Positions 21,972-44,500 of a stretch of 64,000 nt of DNA are shown here, one piece after another. Each line of letters starts with the position of its first letter. Position 1 is the stretch's first letter. Origin of the DNA: Auanema rhodensis (taxonomy: Eukaryota; Animalia; Nematoda); contig OZ059900.1 in the NCBI GenBank assembly GCA_964057225.1, forward strand, positions 5,952,001 through 6,016,000, in the 5' to 3' direction. The translations under genes were made by a program, and so were the position numbers. A model generated the notes under the pieces. It had not been told where the DNA came from. It saw only the letters and a program-made list of their open reading frames with translations, and did not search any database.

Positions 21972-24900
21972 ATGGTGATGCAAAATCACCCAGAAGGTAT
22001 GTGTTTAATTTATTAATTTTTTCAATTTTATTAATTGTTGCTATCATTTGTTGCATTTAGATTTTTCTGCAGCTTCTGCTTCTGTACATAATCAAATTAA
22101 AGCCCTCAGGTCAAATGTTCATTTTGAAAAGCAGTATGAAATCATGAAGCATTTAGGAGAGTTAGTATATATATTTGCTTTTTTCAAATTATTTAAACCT
22201 TTGCAGTGGAAAATTTGGGAAAGTTTATCATGTAAAAGATCGCTCAAATGGTAATGAATATGCTGCAAAGTTCATTAAATTAAAAAAGGTTAATATCTCA
22301 TATGTATATATACTCTCAATATGTGTATTATCAATATTTTGAATTTAATCGGCTAATCAAAATCATTTTAGGAAGGCGATAAAGCCGATGTTGAACGCGA
22401 AGTGTCTATTTTGAATCAATTGGGTCATCCAAAAATTGTTAAGATTCATGATGCCTTTTGTACTGTTAATCATAACGTTGTTTTAATAATGGAAATGTAA
22501 GTTTCAAACGTCTATGAACCTCACACACGTGATATACAGTGTTCGAGGTGGTGAACTATTCGATAGAATCGCTGATGAAAATTATGTGGTATCTGAAAGA
22601 AATGTGGCTCTGATAATTCGTCAGCTTTGTGAAGCAATCAGCTATATTCATCGTCAGCATATTATTCACTTGGACATCAAAGTTAGTTAGATTCATGTGG
22701 AATACTTCAAATTCTAGACGTGAATTGTTCGACTCCTTTGTTTTTTTATTTGCTTTTCTTAATTTTACTGCTTTCATAACATCACACCGATGTTTGATTT
22801 CACGTAAAAATCTAAAATAATGACACATGTCTGAAAAAATTGTTTTTTGATCATTGAACAAAATACGAATTGCATGATTGGAATGTTTCGCCACCACTAT
22901 ATAGATAATGTTAACAAAGAAACAGCTGTTCCGTAGTTCTTAGCATTCACAATAAGAAATAGAATAAAGGAAATGAATATATGAGAAAGAGAGAAAGAGC
23001 ATTTTTTCACCCTTTTTACCCTCTCTTTCATTAACCACACTTTACACATTTGCATTATCTCTAACATACCCTCCCTTTCTTTTTTTCTCATTTTCACGAA
23101 AACCAAGCTCACAAGACAATAAGGTGGCGCCCGCAAAAATCAAACAAATGCAAAGAAATACCGATCTTAACTTATTTTCAATATGAAATCAAAGGGCAGA
23201 AAGTAGCAAATTGTTTAAAAAAATAGAATTAGAAGTTTAAATTTTATAGTTTTCACTTTTCAGCCTGAAAATATTATGCTAATGTCTCAGAAATGTAATG
23301 AAATTAAATTGATTGATTTCGGATTAGCTCGGTTTTATGATGGTGAAGAGGTAACATCTGTCATACTCTTCAATCAATATATCAAACTTTATAGGATTTG
23401 AAATTTATGGCGGGAACACCAGAGTTTGCCGCACCGGAAGTGATCAAATTTGAGACGTTAGATTTTCATACAGATATGTGGAGCGTTGGCGTTATAACAT
23501 ATATATTGTAAATTAATATGAAACAACATAAAATATCAAGATATATAAATATTCTAGATTGTCCGGATATTCCCCATTTCTTGGAGATAACATAGCGGAA
23601 ACGTATTGTAATGTGGAGAAAGGAGAATGGTCATTCACAGAGGAATTTGACGAAATCAGCGATGAAGCTAAAGATTTTATTTCTAAGCTTCTTATATATA
23701 ATAAAGAGTGAGATAATTTTAAAAAATTGAAATTAAAGATACTTGATAATTTAAGTTTGAGAATGCTTCCTCTTGATTGCTTGGCTCATCCGTGGATTGC
23801 TAAAGATGAGCCTTCGAAAGTATCGATTTCGGACAAAACTAGGGAATCAGCCAAACGAAAACTTCGAGTTAGTTTATTTTTTTGTATGCACTTGGTGAAT
23901 GAAGTATGGCTAGCAATACAAAACTATTTAACATATTTAACATCCAAGGAACCTCAACAATCACTGAATGAAAAGTTAAGAAAATATTTTCACATCGTAA
24001 CTATTTATCCCGCTGCTTCCTGATTTGATTCAGCTTACAGTTACAACCTCATACTCACTTCCAAATTGAACACTAGCACATAATAAACAATGATTCTATT
24101 TATTTTTCTTAAGAACACAGTGATATGTGCTAATTTTTTGATCGCAATGAATCGAATTCGGGCAATGATTCATCAAAGGAACATGAATATATTACAAACC
24201 TTAAATGATGAAACAGAGGAAGTTAATAAGATGCATACTGAGGTATATACTGACTATTTTTTTGCAATGACATTGCTGTTAAAACGATGCTCAATACTAT
24301 GATAAATATTTTAAATATTAATGTTGAAATGATATTGAAATTCTGAAAAATTCATATTATTCACAGCCATATAGTTTTTATTTTATTTTAAATTAATTTT
24401 TATTCTCTTTCATATTATTTTTTTTATAATTTTTTGTATTGTAACAGGATGTTGGTCAGAAAGATGTTCCATGTAAGAAAGAAGAAAAGAAACCTGAATC
24501 TAATAGCTGTATTGAAATGGCTAAAAAAAGCAAAACTAATGAGGTAATTGTATAAATTATATTTTAATCCAATTAATGTCCTTTAAAGGCTGGAAAAACG
24601 ATGAAACTATCTCTCAAGGGTGAAATTAAGAAGAAGGAATCTAAGAAAAGAACAATTCCAACTATGGAATCATCACTTGAATGCTACTTTTCAAAAAAAT
24701 CTATTAAACGTGGCATAATCAGGCGAATCAAATCCGAAAGCTTCAGTGCAGTTTCGGCTAGTTTCCGGTCAAATATACGAGACAAAGTGATGACAAGCGC
24801 ATCGACATCAGTATCCTTCACACGGCGCAAAGTAATAACACCAAAGCGAGTAGTCAAACGGTCAGATGATGCTGTATTGACTCCAAGTGAAATGCTTCCG

Positions 24901-26099
24901 ATTGCCCGAAGAGCTTCTCTAGCATTAGCAAAAAATTCAAAATTAAATTTGAATTTTGAAACTAAGCCTCCCATGGCAAAACAAGAGAACATGCTGTCAT
25001 CAAAAAAGGCTTCACCGGAAGTAACTTCAGTCCTCAAATCAACAGGCAATATTTCGAAGAAGTCAAAGGTTCTTGAATGTCCTGAAACAAATACATCTCG
25101 GACACTGAGCATTAAGACGAAAGAGAGTGGAAAATCAAAAAACGAACAAGGAGAAGTTTCATGTAACAAATCTGCTTCGACGGTGAGTAACTTCAATGTT
25201 TGTTCTAACAGAAATACCTGTTTAACAACTTGTCAACAGTATAATCATTTGTTTATTTGATCATTTTGCAGAAAACAGCTGTTGATGAAAGCAAAACTAA
25301 TGTTGTCTTGAAGAAAAAGAGCATGAAACAAAAAAATGAACCATCATTGCCCAATGAAATAATCACAGGTAATTATAAAATAGTTCTGTTATTTTAATAT
25401 TGATTAATGATAACACAAATACTTTCTTTATTTCTTAGCCAAGGAGTTGAAAACTTCTGAAGTTCAACAAAAAACAAAACCGTCTATTAGCACATCATCT
25501 CTCAGCAACAAAGCTTCAATAGTAAAACCAAAGGTAGTCAAGCAAATTGTTTTTTATTTGAATTTTGAGCATTTTAGACTGCTTCCAATGGTCCCGAATT
25601 ACCCCGATCTAGTTCTCATAAAGAGAATAAAGAAGTAAGTAAAATCATTTTTGAATTTTAATAAGATTGCTCAGCATTTTTAAACAAGCAAAAAGAAAAT
25701 ATTGAAACAGTTTGTTTTTCATTACCATAGTGACTTTACTTAAAAAAATAATTTTTTGTTCAATTGTCAATTATAGGGCTCTTTCGAAAAGAAGACTAAG
25801 AAACGCAATGACAAATTGCCGGGAAAATGTAGTACGCCTGATCGTGGATATGCTAGAGAAACTTTGATTGAATCGGTAAACAATAATATCTTTAATTGAA
25901 ATAATATTTAATATTTTATTAGAATGATGAGTTTTCTTTTGATGTTCTCAAGGATAAGCTTTTAAGACGAGTCAGTGGAACAGATGAACAACTTATAAAG
26001 CGTGAATTACGCCCGCAGACAGTGAATTTGCCTGGCACATACACATCTAGTGTCAGAGATAAGTTAAAAAAATTTGAAAAACTCACAAACGTTTCATAG
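21972..26099 (+). CDS. mlck-1: Myosin light chain kinase-like (CAMK/DAPK-MLCK group) Ser/Thr kinase with long basic low-complexity tail; multi-exon
   Basis: Spliced translation: GKFGKVY, YAAKFIK, VEREVSILNQL.HPKI, GGELFDRI, IIHLDIKPEN, IKLIDFGLAR, MAGTPEFAAPE, DMWSVGVITYILLSGYSPF, EAKDFISKLL, CLAHPWI. The tail ends ...RDKLKKFEKLTNVS* at 26099. Start codon and tail exons are less certain. Confidence 0.85.
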
Positions 26100-26545
26100 C
26101 TTTTTTATTTGCTTTTTGAGATTATGTGTCATTTTACAAAATTTCTTAATTTGTATATTCATTTTCAAGTTTTGGATTTTTTTCATTTTCAAGTTTAGAA
26201 CTATTGCCTATATATAAGACACTCACAGTTTTATGGCCAATCAGTCGCTTGTTCTGGCCTCTAAGATATTAAAAGATCTCTCGAATTCATTATTTCAAAC
26301 AAATCACGCTTTTCCTTTCCTTCTCAATTCTTTTTTTTTTTTCAATTTTTTTGACAAACCTTTTCGGATTTAAATTGGATCTCAGTGTGTGATTGTTACT
26401 CGTTTTGTTATGTAGCTATTGATGAACAAATGAATATATAAATAAACAATATTAGTATATATACATACAAATTATTTTATACTTAGATATGAGTTATAGT
26501 TAAAGTTATATGTCATTATATCTACAAACATACATTGTTGTTTAT

Positions 26546-27000
26546 TCAGTTGTCGTTAATAGATACGGCATCCAAGTATATATTATCGTTGTGCTGAGTA
26601 TTCTTTTTTCTTTTCAGACAGCAACTCAGTGATCTCAGCGCATCAACCATATGGATTATGAAAAATATAATGAGTAATATCCCAAATGTGTAGCATAGAC
26701 TGACTAAAAGATATAAATGGAGGTCAAAGTTCTTTATAAACACATCGGCTAAACTCACTCAAAGCAAATTGAAAATCTTGTAGCATAAGCATTGTGGTAG
26801 AGAAGATTTGAGATGTTTTAGAATATGCAATGCACACTACCTAGATTTAGGCGGATCCATACAACGAAGCTCGTTTTGTTTGAATGATGAGCTGTAGTCT
26901 TGACAACTCTGTGAAAATTGCAGTGTTGGGATAATTCTACGATCCACAAGACACTTTAGTGTATGTGTACAGAAAAAAACGAGCAAAAATAAGAGAAAAA
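26546..27000 (-). CDS. Possible small single-pass membrane protein
   Basis: ORF with hydrophobic stretch LYLLVSLCYTFGILLIIFFII followed by CC and a basic cluster; a possible upstream exon with a hydrophobic leader lies near 26850-27000. Confidence 0.25.
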
Positions 27001-29028
27001 ATAATCAAGCTGCTCTATGAAGCCTTTCTTTAATCCAGGATTTAAAAGATAGAAGTTTAAATTGGAGTTTCAGTCGGCTAGAAAAATGGTATATTTGATG
27101 AAATAAACTAAACTGCCGTTTTGCTCGAGGTTGGAGCTGAAACTGATTTGAAAAAAATATTTGAAGCTCAATTACCATGGATGAGAAAGAGAGAAATCAT
27201 TCCCAATTTTTATAGAACACAAGTCTTTAAAGACCAAAAAAACGTTAAAATGGAGATCAGATTATGTGTTTTTGCTGCCAGTATTAAGACACAGCAGTCT
27301 GTGAATTCAGTTAAGTTCTTTTTCATTTTCTGAAATGTGCTTAACCGCATGTCATAAAAAAATGTCTTGTTCGAAGAAATAAGAAAAAAATTAATTTTGT
27401 TCATTTCTAAACCACCATGCTAAGCAATTAAAAAAAGGAGGAAATTGTTGGGTTTTTCTTTTCAACAACCAACAAAGGAAATTGAATTTTTTTTCAGGAA
27501 TGAATAATCAGTGCTAATTTTTCATCCAACTCAGCAATTTCTCGAATTAAACGTGCAAGAAATATAGCATCTTGTGATTCAACTAGCATTCATCATATAC
27601 AATGAAATGAAATCAAAACTGTTAGTTTTGTGAAATATTTATTACATATACCAATATAATATATGATAATTATTTTTACGAAAAGATATATTTGTACAGG
27701 AAAAGAGCATAGAAGAGATTTTGGAATTTATTTTATTTCTTATTTATTGGTAATTCATTCATCTTACCCATTTCCTATATCCTATTGGTCTAATAGATTA
27801 CAAGATTATCCTCGGGAAACATGTTGAATAAGGGATTTAAGCATTTAGATTTACCAAAAAAATGAGGATGATTTATGAATGAGCATCTCGTTCCTCGAAC
27901 TGAATTCATTGTGTGTTTTCCAGTTTTACTAGTGTTGTCATTGACTATATGTCTCACTGTTAAATTACAAATACCAACAAAAAAAAACATTCTCAGAATG
28001 AATTTTTAGATATTTAACCATATATACTTGTCTTTTATTCAAAACTATTTCCAGATATTTGTCATGAGTGATCAACCGAATTCTAATAGAAGACCTAATG
28101 CGGATCATTTCATAGGTATGAAAATTCTTTTTTTTGTTCATTTAAACTTATTCTTATTTTAGTACAACATTGGGAATTGGTTGTCATTTTCTGTATTTCA
28201 AGTTGGGCTTGCTCAATATTTCTAGCTTTGATGCTATGCGAGGAAATGCGCAAAATGTGCATTAGAAAATAAGAAGATCTCTCTCTTAAAAGATTGAACA
28301 GTTGAATCAAATGTAGTAATTTCAATAAACAATTTACCGTTTTCTTTGTTTTTCTTTAAAATGTGGTATGCAAAGACATACATATATGCATATAATAATA
28401 TACCTAAACAGCTGTTTACGATTTCTTCCCAATAGTTTAGTAACGCTTTTCATTCGTATTAAAGCTTTTGTAGTTTCTCTGTACACCCCCATCTAACATT
28501 CAGTTGTGTTTTAATACGCCTCCACAGTTTGTATATATCCAACCCTTTATCTCCAATCTTATACAATTCCGACACATTATCGCTTTGAGAAATCATAACA
28601 TTTTTGCAACACCCACTCAAATTCCGCCTCATATTTGCGGCAAAACCCTTATCATTAGGCCTGAAGCTTGTGAATTCATCATTGTTCATTTTTCAGTCGC
28701 TCGGACACGACAATACATTTTTTTAAATATTTTATGGTTTTCTTATATAGATAGAAGCAATTGTTTTTCTCATTCTTCCAATTTTGGTTTTTTTATGAAT
28801 CATTTACCAATGTCTTTGATATGAGTAATAGCAATATTGCCTTGTATGCCCTCTTGTAAACAAAATAAAACTGTTTTTTTTAATTTTAATTCTATGCTTA
28901 ACGTAAAAGACTTTCTTTATAAAAAATCCACTGGTAACAAACACTCATACTACTCTTTCAAATTTTATTTCTACGCTTTTTTATTCACTATACATTTATA
29001 CTTAACAGTAACCTGTGCACAAATTATT

Positions 29029-37967
<8,939 letters not shown>

Positions 37968-38521
37968 TTGTTGTTGTAATTTGGAACACTATCATTATTT
38001 TCTAATTCTTGAAAAGTTTTATTATCTCATAATTGCTAATTTCGTTTTTTTTGTTTTTGTTTACACGGATTACTGTTCTGAGTGTGTGATTGTTTTCACA
38101 TATTTTTTTCCGCCAAGTTTTTCCACGACTGTACTTTATTTTTGAAATGAAGTGATAAATGTTTTGAATATTGCCGCCTCTAGTTGGAATTATTTTGACC
38201 GAAACACTACAGTATAAGAAGAATGGAACGTCACGTTCATGTATTATAGTTTGCTATCACTATAAGGTCAAAGAATACTTGATCAAACCAGTAGGAGTAG
38301 TTGGTTCCTACACTGTTGCTGATCTACTGTTGATCTACGGGAAACGCTTTATTAGTCATCATTATTTTCATTTACTCTCATTATAACCGATCATTGGATT
38401 AGAATAATTTTTATTTATTTTTTTTCTATTTCTCTTTTACTTTATCTCTTTATCTGTCATTGATTAATTTGTAGGTAAATTGAGTTTAACATTGCAAACA
38501 AATCAGCTTTTGAAAATTGAA

Positions 38522-41500
38522 ATGGTTGGATAATAATTATATTTTGAAATTACTCATTATTTAAAATTTGAGGCTCCTAAACGTTCTAAAAAAGTATGTT
38601 ATTTAACTCCAATATTGGAAACTTCTGAACAATCTATTGATGAAAGTTTGAACGAAGATATAGAAGTTCATGTCAAAGCTTCAGAAGTAATATTTCATCA
38701 GCTATAGTATAATTCATCTGTAAATTTTACAGATTAGCAACGAAACTCAAGACTTCGGAAAAATCGTGAGTACTGTAGCTATTCAAAATTCCAATTTTGC
38801 ACCTGCTCCGAAAAAGAAAAAAAATGAAGTATTGTTCATTTCTCCTATTCGACATACTGACCCTTTTGTTGAAATTTCTCCTGTTACTAATGTAGCTACC
38901 CCAACGGATATGTTTAATCGAGCGTTCTGTTTGGATGATATGTTTTCTCCTAAAAACACTTCGGTACTTCAAACTCAAATGTCTCATACTTATATTTTAA
39001 TTTATAGGCTCTAATGACCTCTCCTTTCCTTAAGTCATTAGATCTTTCAGCTGTGATCATTGTTCAAGAGAATACAGAACAACCTATAGCATTAGAAGAC
39101 GGACAAAACGAATATTCTGTCAACCAATCTGAAAAAGTACTTTTACAAAGGCTGAGTTTCCTCTACAACATACTTGCAGTTATTCGAAAACAACTTGGAC
39201 TCGACCATCACCATTTGTGAAACGCCTTCAGTTATCTTCTCCGCCAATTCTTCACAGGTATATTATATTTTAACTATAAAAATGTTTATTTATTTTACAA
39301 TTTGTAGACGCTTAACTCAACTTTGAATAATTCGTCAGAACATCAAGCTGTGGTCATTGTTCAACAAAATGAAGAGCCGACTTTGGAGGATAGCAGTGAA
39401 CTCAGCACATCTAAGAATAACACGGAGGTATGGTGTTTACATCTCTTTAATATAAATATGCAGAATTTTACAGATCTGCAGTGAACGACCAGAAACAGAG
39501 AACTACAGTGCAACAACTTGTACTTCGAGTGTCATTTCACATAGAAGAGAAAATAGGGGATACTGTTATGATGGATACTTCACTCCAACGATTTTCAAGG
39601 TTATTTCTTTCTGTTTTTTCAATTTTATATTGTAAAATTGAAGAACAAAAAATATTCGGCAGCATTTTTTTCAATGAACCGACAAGTTCACCTTCCACAG
39701 CTTAAATTTGAAACATCTCTTCTTAGTGAAAACCTGGAAATAGAGGATGAAAACTCTACAGAAAATGAAAACAAGGTTGTAATCCGTTTTTACTTCAGTT
39801 CTTAAACTAATTTTTTGTAGAGTGGCGATATCACATTACAAGATCAGACTTCAGCAGTGTTGAAATGGTCTTGGCCTGTAGAATCAGCTAGAAATTCACA
39901 AACGCATGACAGATCTGAAAATGTGAGTATTAGAACATTTAATTAATTCTATTTCTTGCTTAACAGACTGTTGACACCGCTTACTCTTATGCGCTTTCTG
40001 AAAATATGGAGACGCCTCGGGCAACTAAACCAACTGAAATTTCACTTCTCAGAGATGTTACTTTAAATGTGAGTACTGTTTCATTCAAACTTCGCGATAT
40101 TCCATTTTATAGAGTCTTGACTACACATTCTCTGATGTGACTTCGGAAATCATGAGGACGCCACAGTCCGTCGATTTGTCTCACACTGCAGGTATTGAAG
40201 ATAATACTTCAAATGTGAGTACAGTTTTATTCAAATTTCCTGAAATCCCGTTTCATAGAATTTTGACTACACATTCTCTGATGTGACTTCGGAAATCATG
40301 AAGACGCCACCGGCCGTCGATTTGTCTCACACTGCAGGTATTGAAGATAATACTTCAAATGTGAGTACAGTTTTATTCAAATTTCCTGAAATCCCGTTTC
40401 ATAGAATTTTGACTACACATTCTCTGATGTGACTTCGGAAATCATGAAGACGCCACCGGCCGTCGATTTGTCTCACACTGCAGATATTGAAGATATTACT
40501 TCAAATGTAAGGAAGGTTTCATTCAAATTTCTTGAAATCCCGTTTCATAGAATTTCGACTACACATTCACTGATGACGATTCGGAAATCATGACGACGCC
40601 TCGAGCAACTGGCTCAACTGAAACTTCGTATCTCAAAGGTATTGTTTGTAATGTGAGTGAAAAGTATATTCAAGTATTTGAAATTCTCGTTCTGTAGAGG
40701 TTCGATCTCACATTCTCAGAAGAGACTCCGGAAAAAATTAAGAATCCTCAGGCGGTTTATTCCTCCCACATTTCAGATATTGAAGATATTACTCTAGATG
40801 TGAGTATAGTATCATTCAAATTTCTTGAAATCCCGTTTCATAGAGTTTCGATCACGCGTTTTCTGATAAGGATCGGGAAATCATGACAACGCCTAGGGCA
40901 ACTGGCTCAACTGAAACTTCGTATCTCAAAGGTATTGTTTGTAATGTGAGTGAAAAGTATATTCAAGTATTTGAAATTCTCGTTCTGTAGAGGTTCGATC
41001 TCACATTCTCAGAAGAGACTCCGGAAAAAATTAAGAAGCCTCAGGCGGTTTATTACTCCTACACTTCAGATATTGAAGATATTACTCTAGACGTGAGTAT
41101 AGTTCCATTCAAATTTCTTGAAATCACGTTTCATAGAGTTTCGATAACACATTTTCTGGTGAGACCCCGGCAAAAATCAAAACGCCTCGAGAAACTAGTC
41201 CAACTGAAATTTCATTGCTAACAGATGTTATTGCCCAGGATGAAACTGTTAAGGCTCCAGATATGAACAAAGTGCCTGAGGGTCTTGATTCATCTTACAC
41301 ATCAGATAATGAAGATGTTACATCCAATGTAAGTGTTGTTTCAATGAACTGTCTTGAACTAGCCTTTCCTAGAGTTTCGACCTGAAATACTCTGATGACC
41401 CTTCGGAATTCATCAAAAGTCTTATGAAGAGAAAATCAACCAATGTTTCTCTTACCAGAGATTCTACATTCACTGTTCGTAGAGATTGTTCTGAAAATTC

Positions 41501-44500
41501 AGATAAAGTGAAGACTTCATTGGACTTTTCCCAAATAATTCTTTATTTTTAAGTGCCATGATGAAACTTTATCTGTTGAGGTTCCAGATATGAACAAAGT
41601 GCCTGAGGGTCTTGATTCATCTTACACATCAGATAATGAAGATGTTACATCCAATGTAAGTGTTGTTTCAATGAACTGTCTTGAACTAGCCTTTCCTAGA
41701 GTTTCGACCTGAAATACTCTGATGACCCTTCGGAATTCATCAAAAGTCTTAAGAAGAGAGAATCAACCAATGTTTCTCTTGCTAGAGATTCAACATTCAC
41801 TGTTCGTAGAGATTGTTCTGAAAATTCAGATAAAGTGAAGACTTCATTGGACTTTTCCCAAATAATTCTTTATTTTTAAGTGCCATGATGAAACTTTATC
41901 TGTTGAGGCTCCAGATATGAACAAAGTGCCTGAGGGTCTTGATTCATCTTACACATCAGATAATGAAGATGTTACATCCAATGTAAGTGTTGTTTCAATG
42001 AACTGTCTTGAACTAGCCTTTCCTAGAGTTTCGACCTGAAATACTCTGATGACCCTTCGGAATTCATCAAAAGTCTTATGAAGAGAGAATCAACCAATGT
42101 TTCTCTTACCAGAGATTCTACATTCACTGTTCGTAGAGATTGTTCTGAAAATTCAGATAAAGTGAAGACTTCATTGGACTTTTCCCAAATAATTCTTTAT
42201 TTTTAAGTGCCATGATGAAACTTTATCTGTTGAGGTTCCAGATATGAACAAAGTGCCTGAGGGTCTTGATTCATCTTACACATCAGATAATGAAGATGTT
42301 ACATCCAATGTAAGTGTTGTTTCAATGAACTGTCTTGAACTAGCCTTTCCTAGAGTTTCGACCTGAAATACTCTGATGACCCTTCGGAATTCATCAAAAG
42401 TCTTAAGAAGAGAGAATCAACCAATGTTTCTCTTGCTAGAGATTCAACATTCACTGTTCGTAGAGATTGTTCTGAAAATTCAGATAAAGTGAAGACTTCA
42501 TTGGACTTTTCCCAAATAATTCTTTATTTTTAAGTGCCATGATGAAACTTTATCTGTTGAGGTTCCAGATATGAACAAAGTGCCTGAGGGTCTTGATTCA
42601 TCTTACACATCAGATAATGAAGATGTTACATCCAATGTAAGTGTTGTTTCAATGAACTGTCTTGAACTAGCCTTTCCTAGAGTTTCGACCTGAAATACTC
42701 TGATGACCCTTCGGAATTCATCAAAAGTCTTATGAAGAGAAAATCAACCAATGTTTCTCTTACCAGAGATTCTACATTCACTGTTCGTAGAGATTGTTCT
42801 GAAAATTCAGATAAAGTGAAGACTTCATTGGACTTTTCCCAAATAATTCTTTATTTTTAAGTGCCATGATGAAACTTTATCTGTTGAGGTTCCAGATATG
42901 AACAAAGTGCCTGAGGGTCTTGATTCATCTTACACATCAGATAATGAAGATGTTACATCCAATGTAAGTGTTGTTTCAATGAACTGTCTTGAACTAGCCT
43001 TTCCTAGAGTTTCGACCTGAAATACTCTGATGACCCTTCGGAATTCATCAAAAGTCTTAAGAAGAGAGAATCAACCAATGTTTCTCTTGCTAGAGATTCA
43101 ACATTCACTGTTCGTAGAGATTGTTCTGAAAATTCAGATAAAGTGAAGACTTCATTGGACTTTTCCCAAATAATTCTTTATTTTTAAGTGCCATGATGAA
43201 ACTTTATCTGTTGAGGCTCCAGATATGAACAAAGTGCCTGAGGGTCTTGATTCATCTTACACATCAGATAATGAAGATGTTACATCCAATGTAAGTGTTG
43301 TTTCAATGAACTGTCTTGAACTAGCCTTTCCTAGAGTTTCGACCTGAAATACTCTGATGACCCTTCGGAATTCATCAAAAGTCTTATGAAGAGAAAATCA
43401 ACCAATGTTTCTCTTACCAGAGATTCTACATTCACTGTTCGTAGAGATTGTTCTGAAAATTCAGATAAAGTGAAGACTTCATTGGACTTTTCCCAAATAA
43501 TTCTTTATTTTTAAGTGCCATGATGAAACTTTATCTGTTGAGGTTCCAGATATGAACAAAGTGCCTGAGGGTCTTGATTCATCTTACACATCAGATAATG
43601 AAGATGTTACATCCAATGTAAGTGTTGTTTCAATGAACTGTCTTGAACTAGCCTTTCCTAGAGTTTCGACCTGAAATACTCTGATGACCCTTCGGAATTC
43701 ATCAAAAGTCTTAAGAAGAGAGAATCAACCAATGTTTCTCTTGCTAGAGATTCAACATTCACTGTTCGTAGAGATTGTTCTGAAAATTCAGATAAAGTGA
43801 AGACTTCATTGGACTTTTCCCAAATAATTCTTTATTTTTAAGTGCCATGATGAAACTTTATCTGTTGAGGTTCCAGATATGAACAAAGTGCCTGAGGGTC
43901 TTGATTCATCTTACACATCAGATAATGAAGATGTTACATCCAATGTAAGTGTTGTTTCAATGAACTGTCTTGAACTAGCCTTTCCTAGAGTTTCGACCTG
44001 AAATACTCTGATGACCCTTCGGAATTCATCAAAAGTCTTATGAAGAGAAAATCAACCAATGTTTCTCTTACCAGAGATTCTACATTCACTGTTCGTAGAG
44101 ATTGTTCTGAAAATTCAGATAAAGTGAAGACTTCATTGGACTTTTCCCAAATAATTCTTTATTTTTAAGTGCCATGATGAAACTTTATCTGTTGAGGTTC
44201 CAGATATGAACAAAGTGCCTGAGGGTCTTGATTCATCTTACACATCAGATAATGAAGATGTTACATCCAATGTAAGTGTTGTTTCAATGAACTGTCTTGA
44301 ACTAGCCTTTCCTAGAGTTTCGACCTGAAATACTCTGATGACCCTTCGGAATTCATCAAAAGTCTTAAGAAGAGAGAATCAACCAATGTTTCTCTTGCTA
44401 GAGATTCAACATTCACTGTTCGTAGAGATTGTTCTGAAAATTCAGATAAAGTGAAGACTTCATTGGACTTTTCCCAAATAATTCTTTATTTTTAAGTGCC

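Noticed and set aside
27100-28900. Gene upstream of FASN copy B
   Set aside because: Short ORFs on both strands could not be joined into a consistent spliced model or matched to any family
39481-39705. RVSF (PP1-docking) motif suggesting KNL-1
   Set aside because: It lies in a different frame from the phase-0 spliced exon, which reads ICSERPETENYSATTCTSSVISH...
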